In this document: positions 59,031 to 64,000 of the stretch, piece by piece | Numbering within the stretch: the stretch's first letter is position 1 | How the letters are laid out: the number at the start of each line of letters is the position of its first letter | Source of the DNA: the human T2T-CHM13v2.0 reference genome, Homo sapiens | Reading direction: 5' to 3' (one strand) | Length of the DNA: 64,000 bases | Assembly (NCBI RefSeq): GCF_009914755.1 | Contig: NC_060934.1 | Position numbers and translations under genes: made by a program | Notes under the pieces: generated by a model | Seen by the model: the letters and a program-made list of their open reading frames with translations, nothing else | Database searches by the model: none | What the model was told of the DNA's origin: nothing

Positions 59031-59768
59031 TAGGATCCAGAGGTCTTAGTGATTAGGGTGTGTTTGACTTTTTGTGTTTTCTGTGCCCGGGTATTGGGAA
59101 TGGAGGTTCTGTTAAGGCATCTTCAGAGCACTTTCGCCAACAGTTGTACTGTTAGGGTGTACTCAGTTGGCAGGAGGCTGGCCTTGCTCTCTGCTGTTTC
59201 TTCCTATTCCTTCCTGGCAGCTGGCTGAATATTTTTCACTCTTTGAAAAGTACACAACCTAAATTAGAGCCCAAGGGTCTACTTGAATCCTACCAAGAAA
59301 GGTAGATAGGTCAGAACTTTCTCAGTTACAAGAGACGGAAACATGACTTATACTTTCTTAAGCCCCCAAAGTTTTTTTTCTCTTAAATATCTGAAAATTC
59401 CAGGAATTGGTTCCAGTTTCAGGTATAGGTGGATCTAGGTGCTCAAATGACATCACAAATGTTCTCTTTCTTTTCTCTAGTTTCTTCTTTGTTGGTTTCT
59501 GACATGCTTCCTCTACATGAAGATCTCCAGCAACTCCAGGGTAACATGAACCTTTCAGCTTATGATCTCAAAGGGAGAAGGAGTTTTCCTCTAGCAGCAT
59601 CCATATTTGTCCCCTTTCCGAAGATCTCTGATTAGCCCTGTTTGGATCACATGATCTTTCCTGGACCAATCACTGTTTCCAGGAGCTATATCCCCTATGG
59701 TAGAAGAGACAGGGGAAGCTTCTTGACAACTCTATGGAATCCTGACCATTAAGGATGGGTTAGACCTA

Positions 59769-60212
59769 CAGGTGTGCTCAGAAATGTTAACAACCTATTC
59801 TGCTGAAGGGGGATGGGGGCCTGTGATTTGTGTTATCTTCTGATTTTTACGGTGCAGCCACTCCCAGTATGGGTGATATGTCAAGCTGCCAACATGACAG
59901 TACTGAAGATGAGGTTGGGAAGAGATGCTTGGTAGTGCACCATTATATATTAATGGTATTTTCTCCAATGAGATATAGCAGATGCAAGTAACCTCGAGTA
60001 TAGACAATTACAAAGGGAAATAAAATACTTAGAAAGTGATGAGTTTTCAATAATTATTATCTTTTTTCTATAATTTATTTCAATTTATTTCATTGTAAGT
60101 TTATGTAACTTAGTTTTTAATAATGGCTTTGTTTAACAACTGGCTCACAAAGTTCCTGAAAATTTAAGTCACCTCTCTCAAGCTGGTACAAGCTAGGTCC
60201 AGCACACCAGAG
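59769..60212 (+). mobile_element. MER63-like hAT-Blackjack element
   Basis: GGTGTGCT...AAATGTTAACAACC start and CCAGCACACCA end (inverted termini). Confidence 0.78.
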
Positions 60213-60830
60213 GTTAGAATCTGACAGGGCTGGAAGAGAGTAGTATGTTCACTGTAGCTGCCATTTCGCCTCCCACTTCTGGTGGAGACAATATCAAATT
60301 CACTCCTGAGTGGTGCTTCAAGTGGCTTTTCAAGGTTGAAGGATATTAATAGCTTAAGAGTAGGTCCTTATAGACATCCTGGCCTGCAGCTACTTGCTTT
60401 TGAAGCATTGTCAAGTAGGGCTCAGATGTGGGAATAGAGCACTTTTAGCCTGTAGGCATAAAAGTACAGTTCACTGTCAGTTTCTCAGTAAAGAAAGATA
60501 GCATTACTTTATGTCAGTCCTAAATGCATTTCACAAAATTTAAACTAAAAAGAAACATAACCTCTTGCTGGTGCCCACTTTGTCAGAATGAAAGCTTGCT
60601 TGTTGACAATTGTTCACTCTAAAGGTTCACGAGGAGGAAGGAATATTGAACATGTCCCTAGTCATCCTTTCTCTATTGTTTGCAGAATCTCACTTGTTTT
60701 GAACTTACTGGGAAGGAGTAACACTTTGCACTCACCTTTTTCCCTACCCTTGAACCTTCTTTCAGCTTATAGAGGCCTGAGGCTGGAGGCAGGGGGATCA
60801 GTGAGGAGGCTGCAGCATCAGTCCAGGTGA

Positions 60831-61112
60831 GAGATGATGGAGGCCTGAGTGTAAGCATGGAGGTGGGGGTGACATGATGGAGGCCTGAGTGTGAGCATGG
60901 AGGTGGGGGTGAGATGATGGAGGCCTGAGTGTGAGCATGGAGGTAGGGGTGACATGATGGAGGCCTGAGTGTGAGCATGGAAGTGGGGTTGAGATGATGG
61001 ATGCCTGAGTGTGAGCATGGAGGTGGGGGTGAGAGATGATGGAGGCCTGAGTGTGAGCATGGAAGTGGGGTTGAGATGATGGAGGCCTGAGTGTGAGCAT
61101 GGAGGTGGGGTT
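60831..61112. repeat. 40-bp VNTR, 7 copies (GAGATGATGGAGGCCTGAGTGTGAGCATGGAGGTGGGGGT)
   Basis: Units start at 60831, 60871, 60911, 60951, 60991, 61033 and 61073. Confidence 0.97.
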
Positions 61113-62667
61113 GGAGAGGTGCCTGATGGCAGACTTCGGCCAGAGCAATGGCACAGAGACCTCACTTTTAGCTAAAAGAGCATAGGCCAGTGATATGCAT
61201 GCTTAAAAAATGGAAACCATGAGGGAATAAATGTACTCTATAGTCTAGTAAACTTCATATATTTCTTGGGAAAAGCTACTTAACAACAAGAACTGAAGAA
61301 ACTGTTTCATAACAAAAGTCGGATCCACTCCACCCGCCAACATGCAGCAAAAAAAGGCATTTGTACTTGGGGATGTAAAAAAGAATGAAGCATTACTTTA
61401 CTGGGGATATTTTCAGTAGGTAAAGATAATTCAGTAGGTAAAGAATTAATGCATACACAGAATGTGGTATATCTCACTAAATATGGGTGTTCGGGGATGA
61501 TTTATTATCTACAAAATATCTAGTAAAGGCCAACACTCAGACATTAATTCCATTTTAGAGTCTGCAAAGAAAACTCCTACGGCAGCTTGCTTAAAAAAGA
61601 GTAAGCTACGTTGCTTTCCTCTTGCATGGGCTGAAACCATCAAACCATTTCTTCTATGGAAATTGAGTCACCTTTTCATCTAGAGAACAAAGTGGCCAGG
61701 CAGGGACCAACCTAAGGTATAAACGCAAAAAGGTCACTCAGTGTTTCTGCCAGAAGCAACACGGCTCCAGCTAAATAATGTTCACCTGATCTGTATTAAA
61801 GAGAAGTTGAAGGACAAAAGAATCATCATTTAGGGCCTATGAGAAGCTGTTGGAAGTCTTTCTAATGTCAATCTAAAGCACTACAAGGTACATCACTGTG
61901 CGCCATCAGCAAATACCCTTCGGATGCACCCTAGAACTACCTTTACAAAGTGAAACTTTTTGGGAATATTGGAAATATGCAAATGTACCAGTAACATTTA
62001 ACAGACCAATGACTGAATTTTTAAAAAGTGGCAGGTGTCTATTTCCATAGATCTTATTTACCTCCAACAAATTAATGAATTAGTATCAATTTTCTATTTT
62101 CAGATTTGGGTTTGGGACATGGTTGGATATTAGCACTACCGTATATTTTGCTACAACTGACTGAGCTGGGGCAAGGCCAATTGAGGCCTCAGTATTCTTT
62201 ATACCAGGCAATGTCTTAGGACTTTACAAATACTTTCCCTGGAAGATACATGATCTATTTCACAGATAAGATTACTGAATCTTAGGGAAGTTAGGTAACC
62301 TTCAATGTTAGGAAGGGTGTTGAACCACATGCCCCACACTAGAATTTATGTTCTCAATTTCTACCTTCTATTGGTTGCCCTGTTAAGTAATAATGCTACT
62401 CAATATACACGGCATACTTTACAGTTTGTAAAGTGCTTTGCCAAACGTTATCTAATTTGAGCATAATTCCCCAAATGCAGTAATTTAGAATTGTCCTTAG
62501 TCCCTGCAGTACTCACTTTAATTATTGACCTCCTTTATTCATAGAGGAAAACCAAAATGATTGAGGCCCAGAGTGAAGGCCACATCCACAATCGCCCTGA
62601 GATAAGGTAGTTTTTACAGGGCTCTCTTTATCTCCTTCTCTGATCTCTGTAAAACTGTCTGCCTCAT

Positions 62668-62750
62668 GAGCCGAGATTGTGCCACTGCACTCCAGCCTGG
62701 GCGACAGAGACTCTGTCTCCAAAAAAAGAAAAAGAAAAAAAAAAAAAAAG
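62668..62750 (+). mobile_element. Severely 5'-truncated Alu with a perfect 16-bp TSD
   Basis: ~53 bp of right-arm end plus A tail; AAACTGTCTGCCTCAT at 62652-62667 and 62751-62766. Confidence 0.96.
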
Positions 62751-62809
62751 AAACTGTCTGCCTCATTTGGTATCACACCCAGCTATTAGGCTCCACTAAT
62801 TGCCAGCTG

Positions 62810-63720
62810 ATTGCTATATTATTTCAACAATGCCCTGGAGCATAGATTACTCTGTGGTTTAATCCAAGAGGTAGTTTTTGAGGTCAGTGTTTGAGGTTTC
62901 TTCTGACTCCAGTAGGGCTCTTCTTAGCTGTCTCTTTCCCTGGTTCTCCCTGGTGAACTAGCTGGCCTATGGTTTAGATGACTGCTATTAATTGAGAAGA
63001 GCTATCAGCCTCCTCTTATTTTTTTGGCACCAAAATCTCCATTGTTTCTGAAAGTGCCCTTAGGCCTGAACTTTCTCTCTGTTTTAAATTAAGTCATTTC
63101 CTTTGGGGGTCTGCTTCTCACCCTGGGCAAAATCCCTGAGCCACCACTCAAGGCAGTGGGTGAGGCACTAGTCTTTGGTCTTCTTGGTTTGCCTCTATCG
63201 GTGTGAAACTTCTGCCTTCTGACTGAGCCGGGGCAAGGGCAATTGAGGCCTCAGTATTCTTGGCCTGATGAGCATGGGGGTAGAGCTCTGTGCTATGAAT
63301 GGAGGTTGGATGGAAGAAGGGAGCCCCTGATTTCTTAACTTCACTCACCAGGAATTTAACCTCTTCAGTTGGAGATGGCAGCCTGCTTCTCCTGGTGAGT
63401 TACACCCTTTGTTTAGGACCTGAGAGGAGAGGGACCCCCATCTTCTTGGCCACAGCTGCCCAGGGTGGATGAGAGGGATGGGAGCTGAGCTGGATGGGAG
63501 ACAGAGGGTGGGTTGTGGTTCAAGTCACAGACTCTTGCAGTTCTTACTGAGTTTTAGTAGATTTCCTTGAATAAATTGCTTCTTCATTTGCTATATGCCC
63601 TTAGGACAGTTTTCAGAGACTTTAAATGGTTGTTTGTTTTTTTAACAGTTTTACCAGGTATACTTGTTTCACCGGGGAATAGGTCTGTAGAACTCACACT
63701 GCCATCCAGGAAGTGAAACT
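62810..63720 (-). mobile_element. Old L1M 5'-region fragment (L1MD/L1MC-like)
   Basis: TTTTTGAGGTCAGTGTTTGAGG, TTCTTACTGAGTTTTAGTAGATTTCCTTGAATAAA resemble old L1 5' sequence. Confidence 0.55.
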
Positions 63721-63728
63721 CCCCGGTA

Positions 63729-64000
63729 CAGGCATACCATGGACATATTTCAGGTTCAGCTCCAGACCACCACAGTGAAGTGAATATTGCAACTAAGCAA
63801 GTCACGCATGTTTTTTCTTTGTTTCTCAGTGAATATAAGGTATGTTTATATTATACTGTAGTCTGTTAAGCATATAATAGCATTATGTATACATATACAT
63901 ATGTTTATTAAAAATACTTTATTGCTAAAAATGCTAACAATCACCTGAGTCTTCAGTGAGTAGTAATCTTTCTGCTGGTGGAGTGTCTTGCTTTGATGTT
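63729..64000 (-). mobile_element. Tigger1 terminus, runs off the right edge
   Basis: TA target followed by CAGGCATACC...CCAGACCACCAC...TATACTGTAGTCTGTTAAG. Confidence 0.88.

Noticed and set aside
60831-61112. CRISPR-like array
   Set aside because: Head-to-tail units without unique spacers, in primate DNA; this is a minisatellite.
60673-61165. Repetitive His/Pro-rich ORFs
   Set aside because: Artefact of translating the stop-free 40-bp VNTR.

Overview
Primate (human-like) non-coding genomic DNA, dense in interspersed repeats. I see no host protein-coding exon, rRNA, tRNA or CRISPR array. The only recognisable protein-like ORFs are decayed LINE-1 ORF1/ORF2 pieces; the rest are Alu-, LTR-, microsatellite- or chance-derived. 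Contents: two L1PA elements (1-2068 and 23246-27981, both minus strand), an orphan plus-strand L1PA 5' end (29364-29613), several older L1M fragments, about 15 Alus, ERV1/ERVL/MaLR solo LTRs, Tigger/hAT DNA-transposon fossils, MIR/L2, a 40-bp VNTR and microsatellites. Repeat-free islands (about 6.1-6.8, 29.9-30.9, 47.6-48.1, 50.9-51.3 and 55.7 kb) look like cis-regulatory candidates. The most notable unexplained structure is a recurring set of short, non-tandem local duplications (about 200, 90, 162 and 43 bp, copied 0.5-2 kb away). One of these is wrapped in about 76-bp inverted arms. There is also a possible inversion/deletion splitting an L1PA7-like element. I found no convincing novel gene system. 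Repeat family names are from recall of consensus sequences, not a database search, and boundaries of old repeats are approximate.
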